Of a stretch of DNA of 64,000 bases, positions 13,257 to 27,560 are shown piece by piece. The DNA is from Gnetum montanum (Eukaryota; Plantae; Gnetophyta), in NCBI GenBank assembly GCA_015680685.1, contig MNCI01002249.1, positions 469,648 to 533,647 on the forward strand, read 5' to 3'. The translations under genes were made by a program, and so were the position numbers. Position 1 is the first letter of the stretch. Each line of letters opens with the position of its first letter. Under the pieces are notes generated by a model that was not told where the DNA came from, made no database searches, and was given only the letters and a program-made list of their open reading frames with translations.

Positions 13257-15329
13257 CTTCAATCATCAAAGATTCTCTTAAGCTTATGCAAAGATTTAAA
13301 TAATTCTCTAGTAGTTCATATTCTTTTCTCAGATCCTTAGTTTTACTTAACTTTTTGTTCTTATGATTACCTATGGCTCTTACCGTGATTGCAAAGTTAG
13401 AAAAATTCAAAAAGAAACCATTGTTTTACTTGTTTTTTTGATTATTAAGACTTCTCATAGTTATTCTTTCTTGTTTATTGTTTTATTGGATGGTTAGCTA
13501 GGAGAATTGGTCAATTTCATTAGCTTTTATTTTATTTATTAATTAAAATATTATTATTTTCTCCTATTCTTACCCTTGATATTCTCTTNCTTAAGTAATT
13601 TTTGGTGAAAAGTCTTAGTTAGATAGATAGTTTGGAAGATGTNAAGGAAGTTATGGAGCTTGGAAGCTTGGCTATTAGAGGCTTTGTAAAATAGCATGAA
13701 CTCCCCTTATTTTCAAATGTGGAAATGAAAAATTTTCTAGCTCCTTAAGTGTATATATAGATTTTTGTTGGTGAAACATTGTAGATACAACATCATAGTT
13801 GTGATGTTGTAGGGCCCAATACATCATAGCTACAACATCAGCACCAAAAATGTTTAAGCTTTAAGTAATTTTTGGTGAAAAGTCTTAGTTAGATAGATAG
13901 TTTGGAAGATGTAGAAGTTGCCTAAAGGATTCTTGATCATAAATGATGCTTAGATTATGGAAATTTGGTGGTCAAAGATCATAAAGATGGAATCTTTGGC
14001 AAAAAAAAGTCAATTAGTTGTATAAGAGATGGTAGTGAGAATTGCTAAAAGCATGATTAGATATGAAACTTTAGGAAAGTAAACATTGATAGTTAAAGTA
14101 TCTTGGAGGCACAAGATGACATGGAATTAGTTGTCAGGTATGAGATACAAGAGTTATATAGTGGATCCTCTCAAATTAGGCTTTAGCCCTTAGTGCCCTT
14201 CTATAACCACATGTATGAGTTTTCATAGGAACTCAAGGAGTTGAATGTAGAACATACCTATCTTGCAAAACAAACATGTTAGTATCACTAGAATGGATAT
14301 ATATGAGTGAGATGGATCGACATTAGAAAGGATTGCAAAAATTTGGATGTGAGGTGTCTTACGATAGGCATAATGAATTCTTGTGTGTGATGTATGATTA
14401 AAGTGATAATTAGCCTTTCTATCCAAGATCCAAACCATGTCCATAGCACTTACCAGTGACATCACATTGTATCATCTCCAAACTAGTAACCATAAGACTA
14501 ACACTACTACAATAAGCATTATCATTTGGCATTGTAGCTCATGGAAGGAGTTTATTAATAGCACACTTTATTTTTGAGATTTTTGAGAAGTTGCCTACCT
14601 TCAAGCATGAGTGACATGTCTTTCTAGTGGAACCTCCAGAATTTTTTTTGTGCATTTATTATATTTTTATTATGCAACCTTATTAGAGGACTACCTTCAA
14701 GAATAAGTAACATGTCTTTCCAATGACATGGTAAGGTAGCACTTAATGTACTCATAATTTCATTTTTTTGGTTAGAACTCAAGAAAATAATATAGTCTTA
14801 ACAACAAAATAAAACTTATTGTAGTAGGGCTAGAGAATCCACAAGGTCCTTTGAAGTCACATCCTTTTCATTCCCACTTGGTTCTTCACTTTTTTATCTA
14901 GGTATAATGATCAGAAATTTATTTTAGTTTTATTATGAAAAGAATATCATTATGACCATGGTAAAAACCTCTTATTATTGGAAATGAGTGGATGGATGAT
15001 GTGGTCTCACTGTATATAGAATCATTCCTTACATCATTTGATAACATATGATAATTTTTACATTATTAGGAGTACATCTTACTTTATTCCTTTGCATTTT
15101 ACTAGAAAATTAATGAAAATATGTACAAGAAAAGTAATGAAAATCATAGAAAAATGATGAGAATGGAAAAATTGAGAAAGTATATAAAAGATATTAAAGA
15201 ATATAAAATGATTAATAAATGAGAAAAGTATAAAAGAATAGGAAAGATATCAAGAATGTTGAAAAGTAGTAAGAAAAGAAAAAGAAAAGTTCAATGCCTA
15301 AGTGTCACATTAGACACCCCCATGACTAT

Positions 15330-18300
15330 TATTAAAAATAATTAACTAGAAGATGGAACATATTGAGGATGATTTGGTAGACAAGGTAGAATCCATAGAA
15401 GGATTGGGATGTTCATAGAATGATTTGACTTGCTAAATGTTGACTAGCATAAGTTTTTATGGGTTGGTTTGGTGATAGATCTACATGGCACCTGATGGGT
15501 ATGCTCCATGGATGATATAGGATCCTTCCCATAATGTTTGGAGCCTAGCTTTTTGTGGCACATGACTGTGATTGTAATACAGGACTTTATCACCTGGCTA
15601 TATTGACACTTATCGTATTCTTGCATCATGCCTACATTTGGAGTATTTCTTCATTACTCATTAAAGATACAAGTTTATTTTCATTTAGAAGGTTAAGGTT
15701 CATGAGGTGTTCTTGTTGAGCTAAGTGTAGATCTAGGTTGAGTTTACTAGAAGTAGCTAAGATTTGTAGTTTTTCTTAGATTGGTAGTATGGGAATTTTT
15801 CCATAAACTAACTCATAGGGTAAGTATCTTATGGGGAGTTTCCATGTGGATCTATATGCCCATAGAGCATCATTCAACTTAGTGCTCTAATCCTTTCAAA
15901 ATTAACTAACTATTTTGGTTAATATTCTAGTGATTTCTCAGTTAGTTACTTTTGCTTGACAATTTGCTTGGGGATGGTATGGTGTAGTTAGTTTGTGGTA
16001 TATCCCAAGTTGTTGCATTAGCTTCTTGAATGTAGCCCTTGTGAAATGTGTTCCATTGTTGGATATGAGCATGTGTGATACTCTAAGCTTATTCACAATA
16101 TGTTATTAAAACAATTTAGCAACTATTTTGGTTGTGCAATCTCTGATTGCAGCTACTTCTATCTATTTCATGCAATAATCAACTATCACTATAAGATATG
16201 ATATTTCATTGGACATCAGTATGATGGGCCCCATAGAATCAATTCCCCATATGTTAAATGGCTCTAATGACTAGATTGATTATTGTGGTCCTTCATTTCT
16301 ATTTATTATTCCCTCATTGCATTGGCATATTTTATAAGAATAGATGAGTTTGCATGCATCCCTAAATATGGTAGGCCAAAAATAGCCTGCCATCATCAAC
16401 TCTAGTGCTATTCTACATCTTAGATAGTAACCACCACATGATTCCTCATGTGTATCTTGCAAGATTCATTGCTAGTTCTCTTTTGAAACATACTATCCAA
16501 CTAATTCGTTAGCATAGATCTTATAAAGATATCCATTAGTTCTCATATACTATTTAACTTTGTGGAGGAACTACTCCTTTTATTTTATATTCCACTCAAT
16601 AAGAAGCTCTTGTGTAGTGAGATAAGTCATGTAGTTAAAAATCCATGACTTGTCTGTTGAATTGACAACCATTGTTATCTTTGTAAATAAATTTTCATCA
16701 AGAAATTGGTCTAATAATGGTTCATCTTGTTCTTACAGTTCCCATCTTAATCTTGAAAAATGATCTACTATAGCAATTTTAGTTCATTTCTTATCTATCA
16801 TTGTGATGTCAAACTCCTATAGTATCATGAGCCATCGTATCACCCTTGGAATAACCGCTAGTTTATTCATCAAAATCTTGATGGCACTATGATCTATGTG
16901 GATGTAAATAGGATATCCAAGCACATAATATCTAAATTTTTTTAAGAGCAAACATCAACCATAAGCTCTTTTTTATCGTGGTGTATTTGAGTTGTGCTCT
17001 GGTGATGCTTTGACTGGCATAGTATATGTAATATGGTCCTTTTTGATCATCAAGCTAAGTGAGTACTATGCCTAGTGTGTAGTTTGAAGTATCTATCATA
17101 ATGTTAAAGGGCTTAGACCATTTGGAGCTTGAAGGATTTATGTTTCAATTAGCTTCTACTTTAATGTATCAAATGCCTTCTCATATTATTCTATCCATTG
17201 AAATGATGCATCTTTCTTAGTTCTACTAGTAGCTTTGCTATCCTTGAAAAATTTTCAATGAATCTTCTGTAGTATCCTGTATGACTAAGGAATGATCTAA
17301 CATCCTTAATAGTCTATGTCCTCTAGGTGATAGTTTGAATGACTCTTACTTTCTTTGGATGTACCTTTATTTCTTTTTGAGATACTCTATGTCCTAGAAC
17401 AATAATGTCTTGGATCATTAGATGGATCTTATGCTTGTTTGAAGTCTAGCCCATAAGTGGAAAAATCATCCATGAATACCTCTACTCCATTACCAATATT
17501 CTTTTGGAAGATTCTTAGTACTAGTCTTTGCAAAGTAGCAGGAGCATTATGCAAGCCAAAAGGCATATGCTTGTAGGTAAATCTTTCCCATGGATTGGTG
17601 AATGTGGTCTGCTCTTAATCTTTTAGTACAATGTGGATGTGATCATACCTACTATACTCATTGAGGAAATTGTAGTACTAGTGTCTTGCAATGATGTTGA
17701 GGACTTTGTCAACAAATTCTAGAGAAAAGTGGTCCTTGAATGTTGCTAAATTCAACAATAGAAATTTAATGCAAACACTCTACTTTCTTCCTTTCTTCAT
17801 CATAATGACTAAGGGACTGATCCATTTACTAGCTACTAAATTCTACTTTTAATAGTTTATCCAATTCTTATTTTACCTCTTCTTTAAGTTTAGAATTCAA
17901 TCTTCCCTGAGGTTGGTGATGTGATTTGATAGCTAGATTTGTATAAATTCGATATTGGTATATGCATGGATCAATACTTGTTATTTCATCATAGGATCAT
18001 GAAAATGCTATTAGCCATTTATTCACCACTTCCAATAATCTTCTCATTTGTTCTTTATCAAGATTGACATTCATAATTATCAGTTTCTTATTATTTAGAA
18101 AAGCATATTCTAGTACTTCTAGTAAGGCTTTCAACTCTAAAGGTTCTGGTTCAAACTTATTTGGTATTTCTAGCTATCCCTACTTGATGTATTCTTCTTG
18201 ATGTGAGTGTACATAGGGGAGTTTCTTCCTTAATTTCTCTAACTCATGAGCTTCTTCCGCATAGGCACTTATAATTTAATTAGACAATTCCATGTACAAT

Positions 18301-20133
18301 TTGGACTTTGTCTCTTGTTTAGTAATTAGCCACTAGATGCCTTCTTGTTTTGTGGTTGTTGCATACAGGCATGCACACACATATCTTCTACACATTGATT
18401 ACATGCTGTATTGATTTCTTATTTGATGGTCCAAATTTTCTGCACGCAATTACATCCATTATCATTGTATGTGATACATAGAATTCAATGTCTCTTTATG
18501 ATTTTGGCCTTATTTTCCTTGGAAATTTTGAAGGACAAGTCTCTAATTCCTAGCTTAGCATTCACAGTGCAAATCCATGCTCTTCCCATGATTATAAAAA
18601 ATTCTTCCTTATTTTTCTCCACATGTATCATTAGGAAGTTAGTACGGTAAGACTAGTAGCAATAACATCATCAACTTGTCCAAGTAGAACAGTGATTGAC
18701 TAGTCTAAGAGCTCTAATTGGATGTTGCTCTTCTTTAGTGGAGGAAGATTCTAAGCTTTGTACATATCTTGTGAAATCAGGTTTACTCTTGATCCATAAT
18801 TTAATAGAGCTTTGCATGATTGATGTCATGTTATTTGGAGATATACTAAGGGATTTTTTGGATCTATTTTCTTCTAGGGTAGTTCTTCTACCTTGATCCA
18901 ATTTGTGATAGTTTTAGTGAGCATGACAGTGGTCAAATTTAGATATATAGAATGTGAAAGATTAGTATTCCATTGAGGAGTATGTGTGGATGGGGTTAGT
19001 ATGGGTAAATTTCTTATCCTTTGAACCTTTTCTAGACTTGTTTTGCAAAATGGAAGTTTCTTGGATCTAGGTTCTTCCATTATCACATCCTCTTATGTCT
19101 TTATTACCTTGGTGGCATTCTTTTTTTGCAGTTGTATTAGCAGTTTTCCTTGCATAACCAGTGGTAGTACTAGTGGTAGAGAGTTAGGAGTTGGAATTGA
19201 TGAACCATTGTTGGTTGATGTGCATAAGAATTAGGATCCATTCACAGAGTAGTAGGCCTATAATACTCTAGTGGATAGTAGTGAGAGGAAGTATGGACTA
19301 AAGCTTCTCCTAGAGAGATTGGATGTTGAACATAATATCCATAAGAATCAAGTTGCCTATATGGATATTGCCCATGCTTGTGGTTGTTGCCATTACTGCT
19401 AGTATTGCTCTTATGGTTGAGGATAGGCTTTGCTTGGATAGTATGATGGTTGGAAGGGTTTTCTAAGATTACCATATGGGTAAGGTAATCATTTTGGCAT
19501 TTTATTCTTGAAAAATCTTAGGTTAAGTGCATATGCATCAAACTCTTGCAAGTGGGCCATGATAGGACAACATCCATTAGTATATTCATATTAGTATACT
19601 TTGCATCTTTCTACATCTTCTGAACTGGAGTTTGTAAATTCCTCAACTACAATAAATTTTTCTCTATGTTTGTAATTCTCTTGTCTATTATCTATTCTTT
19701 TCTTCTTTTTTCTATTCTTGTTTAGCACTTGTTTAGTCTTCTACTCCACTATCTTAAGTGTAATAACAAAGTACTTATCTACTAAGTCCCACATTTTCTC
19801 TACATTTGTTGTAATGTAAATTGATTAATTTCTAAATGGGTAGAGTCTTCTTTTAAATGATAGCCTTTAAAGTTTTGTCTTCTTGTCTATTGCACATTCT
19901 AACATCTCTTTTTCTTATTGCATGATCTTGGTTATATTCTTTAGCTGATTTCCTTTTCTTTAGTTCTCCTTCTTCTTTAGCCACCTGGTCTATCATCCTT
20001 TGAATTTGATGGACTATCATTTTTGATAATCTTCCTTGGGAATATACCCCAAGGGTTTCTCTAGTTTTGTTCCTTAATCCATCAATAATATGCCTTAGTT
20101 ATTCTCTTTGTAAAAATTCATGGCCTAGACATA
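15330..20133 (-). pseudogene. Element A gag(3')-pol: zinc knuckle, protease, RT, RNase H, integrase
   Basis: EVFMDDF (~17470), MPFGLHNAPATLQ, RSFLSHTGYYRRFI, ZnF region HEESCGGYY...AGYFWPTIFRDA...CQC, WGIDSMGP, YHPQAN. Gypsy domain order. Confidence 0.92.
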
Positions 20134-20946
20134 TGATGAATCATCAATTGGCTAAGATATCATAGATGTTACATCGCATCTACATTGTAGCATCCCTGTC
20201 GGTGCATCTTAGTTGGTTGCTTCATCGTAGATGCTATGTTGCATCTACGATGTCTAGGTGCTACGTCACATCTACGATGTCCGAGATGTAATGTTGCATG
20301 TGTTTGATAAAGTTAATTTTTCTTCACCTACGATAAGATAACTACGATATCGTATCTATGATGTCATATATCTGATATTGTAGCTCATGCTTCAACATCA
20401 TAGATTTGATATCATAGGATGTGTGCAGCCTATAAATACAACACTTAGGTGCATGAATCCACATAAGTTTCATTCCATCCTTAGGTAGATTCTTGCAATT
20501 TTGTTTTGTAGTTTTAGCGATAGAGTAAATGCTCACAATGTGGTGTTGAGTAGTATGGAATTTTTATTCGAGTGAAGTGTACTTGGAGACAGTTCATGTT
20601 TAGAAATAAAAATCGAGATTACTTTTCATCATTGTATCATTCACTTAGTTTTACTATTTTACTTAGCATTTTATTATTTTCTTAGTTTAATCATTTATAT
20701 TTCCAAGTACTTTACATTCTTGTTTATTAGAAAAGTAGAATGAACATGACTAGTTTTGAGTATTTAAATGTAATTGTTTGGTAATCCTAGTAGTTTTATA
20801 GCTCTTTTCACCTAGTAGCATAATGCTTAGTAACCTAGTAATAGTTACATGAGTCCAAGATGTGTACGGTAAGCCAAGATTGGATGCTCATTGCTCTAGG
20901 CTAGTTTAGATTTACCTTCTTATTGTTAGTTAGATTAAAGAATTAA

Positions 20947-21988
20947 TGATGAGTGGTAGGTACCCCTACATCCAACCATATTAATCACAAGTATTCATGC
21001 ATGATTTGGTCAAATTCCATAGATGAGACTAGTTGTAGCATCTAGATTGTTAATCATTAATCGTAGGATGCTATCTTTCCACTTGGACTAGTGGTAGCTT
21101 TGTCATGTATGGTCTAGTCCAAAGTGAGGCATATGATAATTGATGCTTTTGTGACATTATGCTAATCCTAACAATAAAGAAATTAATTCTTTAATCTAAC
21201 AAACAAAAAGAAGGTAAATCTAAACTAGCCTAGAGTAATGAGCATTTGGTCCTGTCTTACCATACATGTCTTGGGCTCATGTAACCGTTACTAGGTTACC
21301 AAGCATTATGCTACTAGGCGAATCATGCTATAACACTACTGAGATTACCAAACAATTGCACTTAAACACTCGAAACTAGTCATACTCATTTTCTTTTCTA
21401 ATGAACAAGAAAGTAAAGTACTTGGAAATGTAAATGATTAAACTAAGAAAACAATAAAAACTATGCTAAGTAAAATAGTAAAACTAAATGGATGTTGCAA
21501 TGATGAAAAGAAATCTTAATCTTTATTTTTGGGCATGAACTATGTGCAAGTATACTTCACTCAAATAAATATTTCATACAACTGCTCAACACCACACTGC
21601 GAGCATTCACTCTATTACTAAAACTACAAAACAAAATTGCAATAATCTACCTAAGGATGGAATGAAACTTATGTGGATCCATGCACCTAAGTTTTGTATT
21701 TATAGGTTGCACACATTATGAAATATCAAATCTATGATGTCGTAGCATGAGGTACGACAAAAAATATATGACATCATAGATACAACATTATAGTTATGAT
21801 ATCATAGGTGAAGAAAAATTGACATTATCAAATAGATGCAACATCACATCTATGACATCCTAGATGTGACGTAGCATCTATGATGTAGTAGCCAACTAAG
21901 ATGCACCGATAGGGATGCTACAACGTAGATGTGATGCAACATTTATGACATAGCATCTATGATATCTTAGCCAACTGATGATTCATCA
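20947..21988 (-). mobile_element. Complete LTR of the B family, antisense, joined into B's 5' LTR
   Basis: Minus strand TGATGAATCATC...CCACTCATCA, homologous to 27734-28751. Flanks ATTAA / TAATC do not form a TSD. Confidence 0.9.
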
Positions 21989-24900
21989 TAATCGCTAGAT
22001 TGGGGAAATAACCTTATATTATACAAAATCACAAGTTATGATTAAATGTACAGTTAGGTAAGATGGACTAGAGAAAAGATTGCTAAACTTGGGACATGAG
22101 GTATCTTACCATAGGCATAATGAATTCTTGTGTGTTATTGATTGTTAAAATAATCATTATCATTTCTATCCAAGATTCAAACCAAGTTTAGATCACATTC
22201 CAGTGACATCACATTGTTTCATCTCTTGAAGTTACAATTATAAGACTACCACTATTGCAAGGAGTATTACCACTTGGCATATTGTCCAAGGGAGAAGTTT
22301 GTTCATTGCACTCTTTATGATTTTTAGATTCCTGAGAAGCTACCTACCTTCAAGCATGGGTAACATGTCTTTCCAATGGGACCCCCAAAAATTTATTCTT
22401 GTGCATTTATTTTATGTTTTAACTATGTCAACCTTACCAGAGGGCCGCCTTTAGGCATGGGTAATAGGTCTTTTCAGTGATATGGTAAGGCAACACTTAT
22501 TATACTTCCATTTTTTGTTAAATCTACAACCTAAGCACTTATAATACAACCTAAGCAACAAGATAGAGCTAACAACAACAATCTAAAAGAATCCATAAAT
22601 CCCCTTGACGTTACACCCTTTGCATTCCCACTTGGTTCTTTACTCTTTGGTCTAGGCATCATGATCACAAGTTTATTCTTAGTTGTATGATAGTAAGAAT
22701 ATCATTATGCCCATGGTAAGAACCTCTTATTAATGGAATGAATGGATGAATATTGTGGTCTCATTGTTCAAATAATTAGTCTCTTATGACTTGATAACAT
22801 AGAAAAATATTCATCTTATTGGACTACATCTTGCCTTATTCTTAATGTGTTTTATTAATAATCAAAATATTTACAAAGAAAATGAAAATGAAGTATGAAA
22901 AAGATAGTATAAATGGAAAAAGATGAAAAGAATGAAAAATATTAAGAAAAGAAAAAGGTATAACAAAAAATTATAAATGAAAAAGAATCATAAAACAAAA
23001 AAAAAATAGAAAAGCACTTATTAATTCCTAAGTCATGATAAGGCATCTCCCTCATAACTAAACTCATGGGAAAGTGTTTAGAAAATGCACCCTAGTTCCC
23101 TTGGATCATACACTTGAGGTTTCGTACTTACCATCCTTAGTGATTTAGTTTTCTATTATCATCCCATATAATTGTGATGGTAATTGAAGTTGTATCATCT
23201 AAGTCCTTATTTTCTCTTTATGTTGGTGTATGACTTTGGTTTAGTATTTTCATTTCTAAGTTCTTAGTTGAGGTTATTTTCTTAGAATGGAAATTAATAA
23301 GTGGTTCAGATTGTTCCATGCATGTTTTGGATAATTAAAAGTTCTCAATTATTGGTCACTAGGTGTTTTTTTGGTTTAGTGGTTCATGCTCTCTCTTGTG
23401 CACACACTTGTTTTTCACATTTATTGTGGACTAGCATAATGATTGTGTTAACATTCTGGAAGGTTGGTCCACAACTACATCCTTATATTTTAGTAGTAAT
23501 GCATGGAATTATTTGTCTCTCCATAGTGATAGGTTCATCTGTTATGTTTTGCTTTGGAGTGGTAATGGGTATTGGCCCTTTTGTCAAGTTGGAAGACATT
23601 AATTTGGTGAGGAAGGGTGTTGCATGAAGTTGGTCATGTGTTGATTTTGATAAGTTAGTAGCTCTACGAGTTTTGTGCCCATGTGAGGAAACTATCCTAA
23701 AGAAAGGATGTTTTTGAGACTTTTCTAAGATCTACTAACATTATCATTTACTTATATGTTCATAGCACAAGTGGCATTCTTATGTTGATGTTGTGGTGCT
23801 GATCCTTCTTGTGTTGTTGGTGGTGACATATGGTGGAGGGAGGTATGAGAATATTAAGGATGTGATAAAGGATAAGAGGTGCAAGATGGTGATCCCACAA
23901 GAGATGCTATGGGTTGATGATATTTAGGAGAGTGATAGTAGTGATTTGAGATAAAGGAAGTAGAATCATTTAGAGAAATATGTTGTTGAACATAGCATTG
24001 ATATGGATCTAGTTGTTAATAAGGATATTACTAGTTTATTGATGACATTTCCCATGATTGTGGGTTTTTCCATTGTAGTTAATAGTAGTTTTGAGGCTAA
24101 TAGGAAGTCCCACTAGAATAGTATGGTTGGCTATAGGACTATTTATAATTACCTTATGAGTAAGGTAATTTCCTAGGCATTTGCTTTTGTATGAACTTGG
24201 GATTTAAAGGAAAGGCCCCAAACTCATGTAGGTGTAACATAACTAGATAATAGCCCTTTGGATGGTCATATTGGTAGAAGTCACATCCATCATCATTTTT
24301 TGTAGGTGAGTTTATAACCTCTTCTCCTACAACTATTTTCCCTTTTTGCTGATAAGTGTTGCTACCTATTTTGCTAGTCTTTTTCCTCTTCTTATTTTGA
24401 TCAGTTAGTTCTTTTTACATTACCCTCTCCTCTATGGTTTTCATGTAGATTTTAAATTTTTCATTTATCAACTTCCACATTGTATCTATGTTTGATTTAA
24501 GTTCATTAATAGACTTTTTTATTGGCAAGGTTTGTTATAAAATCACCTCATCAAGAGCTACCTCTTTTTTCTCATCATAGATATGGATCCCCTTCTTTTG
24601 AAAAGTTGGATCCTAGTTATATCCCTCTACATTATCTCATGTACATAACTCTCCTTCTTTTTTTTCCACCTACTCAACTAGCCTTTGTATTTGATGGGCT
24701 TTTAATTTAGATAATCGACCTTGGGCATAAATCCTAAGGGTCTTCCTTGTTTTATTATGAAGCTCATCTATGATGTGGAGAAGCTGCTCTTTTTAAGAAA
24801 AACTATGGCCTAGACATCTATGTAGTAGAGAATAGAATTTATCCAAGGCCACATCCAAGGATTCATGTTGTTCTTACTTCCATCCTTGGATTTGTTTTCT

Positions 24901-26670
24901 TAGGTTGGACACTCTTGCATAGGTTTGTTATTTTTCATTGAAAAACTCTAGCATTGTGGACCACTGGTGGATTAAATCTGGTTCTGACAATCTATACAAA
25001 CTTTCAACTTCATTTATTAGTGTCCTAGGAAAGAGCTTAAGCTTTATCACTCATTCTTGATGTTTTTCAAGGTGTAGATATCATGGAAGGCTTGTAAGTG
25101 ATGTTTTGGATCAGAGTTATAACCTCCCACAAATTTAGGAATGTTATTCATATCAAGCCTTTTGATGCAAGTTTCCCTTCAATGCCTATTGGGTATTCTA
25201 ACTACCCCTATTATCTATGTCGTGCTCCTAATAGCCAACAAAGGTTCATCATCATTAGACATGTCATGGTGATGATGTCTATTTCTATTTATTTGACTAT
25301 GATGATATCATCTATGCTCACTCTGATGATCTCATCTATTTCTATTTCTATCTTCATCTTGATCCCTTAGTGTATCTCTATTTCTATACTTACATTCATC
25401 CTTGTCAGAACTAGATGTGGATGAGGAAGAGGAAGATGGAAAACTAGGAGGATCACCATGCTTGCTATATCTCCCCCTATGGTCCCTTGAATTATTTCTT
25501 CTAAGTTTGGAGGAGGTCCTAGGCCTTGAGGCCATTCTTGTTCTAGAACTTACTCCATATCCTCTAGGATTTTTTGCATTAGTTGAACGTAGTCTTTGAG
25601 TGTAGTAAGGATCTAAATGAGCATAGGAAACCTTTGCTTGTGGTTGTTTACTTCATTTTTCCTTAGTGTAGATCCTATCATTCTCATACTAGTGTTTTCA
25701 TCATATGATGCATTGTTGGTCCTATGTGAAGAAGACATGGTTTTGTTTGATAATGTGTATGACTTAAAATATTTATAGTTTTTAAGAGATAGATCATTAA
25801 GACATTTATAGTGATTGTGTATAATATAATTGATCTAGATAACTAGCACCATCTTTGGCAATGGTGTCAATGATAAGCAATAGATACCCCTACCCCCAAC
25901 CATAGAAATCACAAGTGTTTATGCACAATCTAGCCAAATTCCATTTATGGGACTAGTTGTAGCATCTAGATTGTTAAGCATTAATTGTAGGATGCCATAT
26001 TCCCACTTGGACTAGTGGTAGCTTTGTCACATATGGTTTAGTCCAAAGTGATGCATATGATAATTGATGTTGTTGTGGCCTTATGCTAACCTTGATAGTA
26101 ATGGAGAAATTAAATTTTTAATCTAACTAATAGCAAGAAGGTAAATCTAAACTAGCCTAGATTGATGAGCATCTAGTCCTAGCTTATTGTACACATCTTG
26201 GGCTTATGTAACCATTACTAGGTTACTAAGTGTTATGCTACTGGTTGAACCAAGTTATAACACTACTAGGATTACCAAACAATTACACTTAAATGCTTGA
26301 AACCAGTCATACTCATTCTACTTTTCTAATGAACAAGAAGGTAAAGTACTTGGAAATGTAAATTATTAAACTAAAAAAATAGTAAAAACTATGCTAAGAA
26401 AAATAGTAAAACTAAGTGAATGCTCTAATGATAAAAAGCAATCTCAATATTTATTTATGGAAATGAATTGTGCTGAAGTACACTTCACTCAAATAAAGAT
26501 TTCACACAAATACTCAACACCACACTATGAGCATTCACTCTATCGCTAAAACTATGCAACTAAATTGTAAGAATCTACCTAAGGATGAAATGAAACTTAT
26601 GTAGATCCATGCACCTAAGTGTTGTATTTATAGGTTGCACACCTCATGCAATATTAGATCTATGATATCA
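21989..26670 (-). mobile_element. Element H: non-autonomous segment (partial 5' LTR 25871-26670, PBS, gag, Cys tail, spacer) with no PR, RT, RH or IN
   Basis: PBS 25852-25870, gag ATG 25738. Gag runs straight into ...TMERQIIPCITT...GCSCG, homologous to E 41100-41650. Confidence 0.8.
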
Positions 26671-27251
26671 TGCATATATAAATAGGATATATATGTGTGG
26701 GAGTTAGTGAAAATTTTCACTTTCTCATTTTGCAACAAGAGAGTTTTTGTAGTTTTTCTTAGAAATCTTGCACACTAGCTTCCAAAGGCCATAACTTTGC
26801 CATCATTTTATAAATTTCCATAATTCTAAAATCCTATTGATCCTAGAGCACTTAACTTAGCCATGGGGGGATGCATTGTGTGATATAAGCAAACAAAAAT
26901 TTGAGAATTTGAGCCAAAAATTCCTAACACCTAGAAGATACTATAAAAGGTAAGTATAAAGAGATAATAAGAATCTTAAAGTTAATCAATTAAAGTAAGG
27001 TTAGAAAGATTTAGATAATACTCCTAATAGACCATATCAACTATTTTAGGCCATAATAAGCAAGGAAAACAATAGAAGGTTATAAGTATCTTAAAGATAT
27101 AACAACTAAGGGATTCTTATTTTGCAAATTTTTCTAACTTTGCAATCATAATATGATAAGAACTTGATCTAATCAAGGATATGAGTAAGGCAAAGAGCTA
27201 TTAAGAACTATTGTAAACATTGTAACAATTTCATACCCTTGTTGATTGCAG

Positions 27252-27560
27252 ATGATAGACCACCAGAAGAAGGACCTTCACAACATGGAAACTGCAAAGA
27301 TGCAACTCTAAGTATCTCCATTATGGCCCATACTAACCAAAAATAGTGAACGGGACTTAGGAGGAACTTAGGAGCAACATACCAATTTTGGAAAAATAAA
27401 GAGGCAAATGCAATAGTTAAAATCCAAGGAGTCTCTATGTCATACTAAGTAGAGAAGACATATGATAAAAGAAGACAAGGATAGAAGGGGTGAAACTTTC
27501 AAGAAGCCTAATGACAAAGGGAAGAAGTTGATGGAAGAGCCACCATCACCTAAAATATGA
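27252..27560 (+). pseudogene. Internally deleted extra ORF of element B
   Basis: Keeps the start, the QL*VSPLWP...YQFWKNK block and the DKGKKLMEEPP end. More than 2 kb are missing relative to E. Confidence 0.8.

Noticed and set aside
10053-13340. Hydrophobic plus-strand ORFs resembling membrane proteins
   Set aside because: They are antisense to the K/E-rich extra ORF, so the hydrophobicity is a compositional mirror.
13589-13643. 52-bp exact duplicate of 13861-13912
   Set aside because: Bounded by single Ns on both sides, so a gap-filling artefact.
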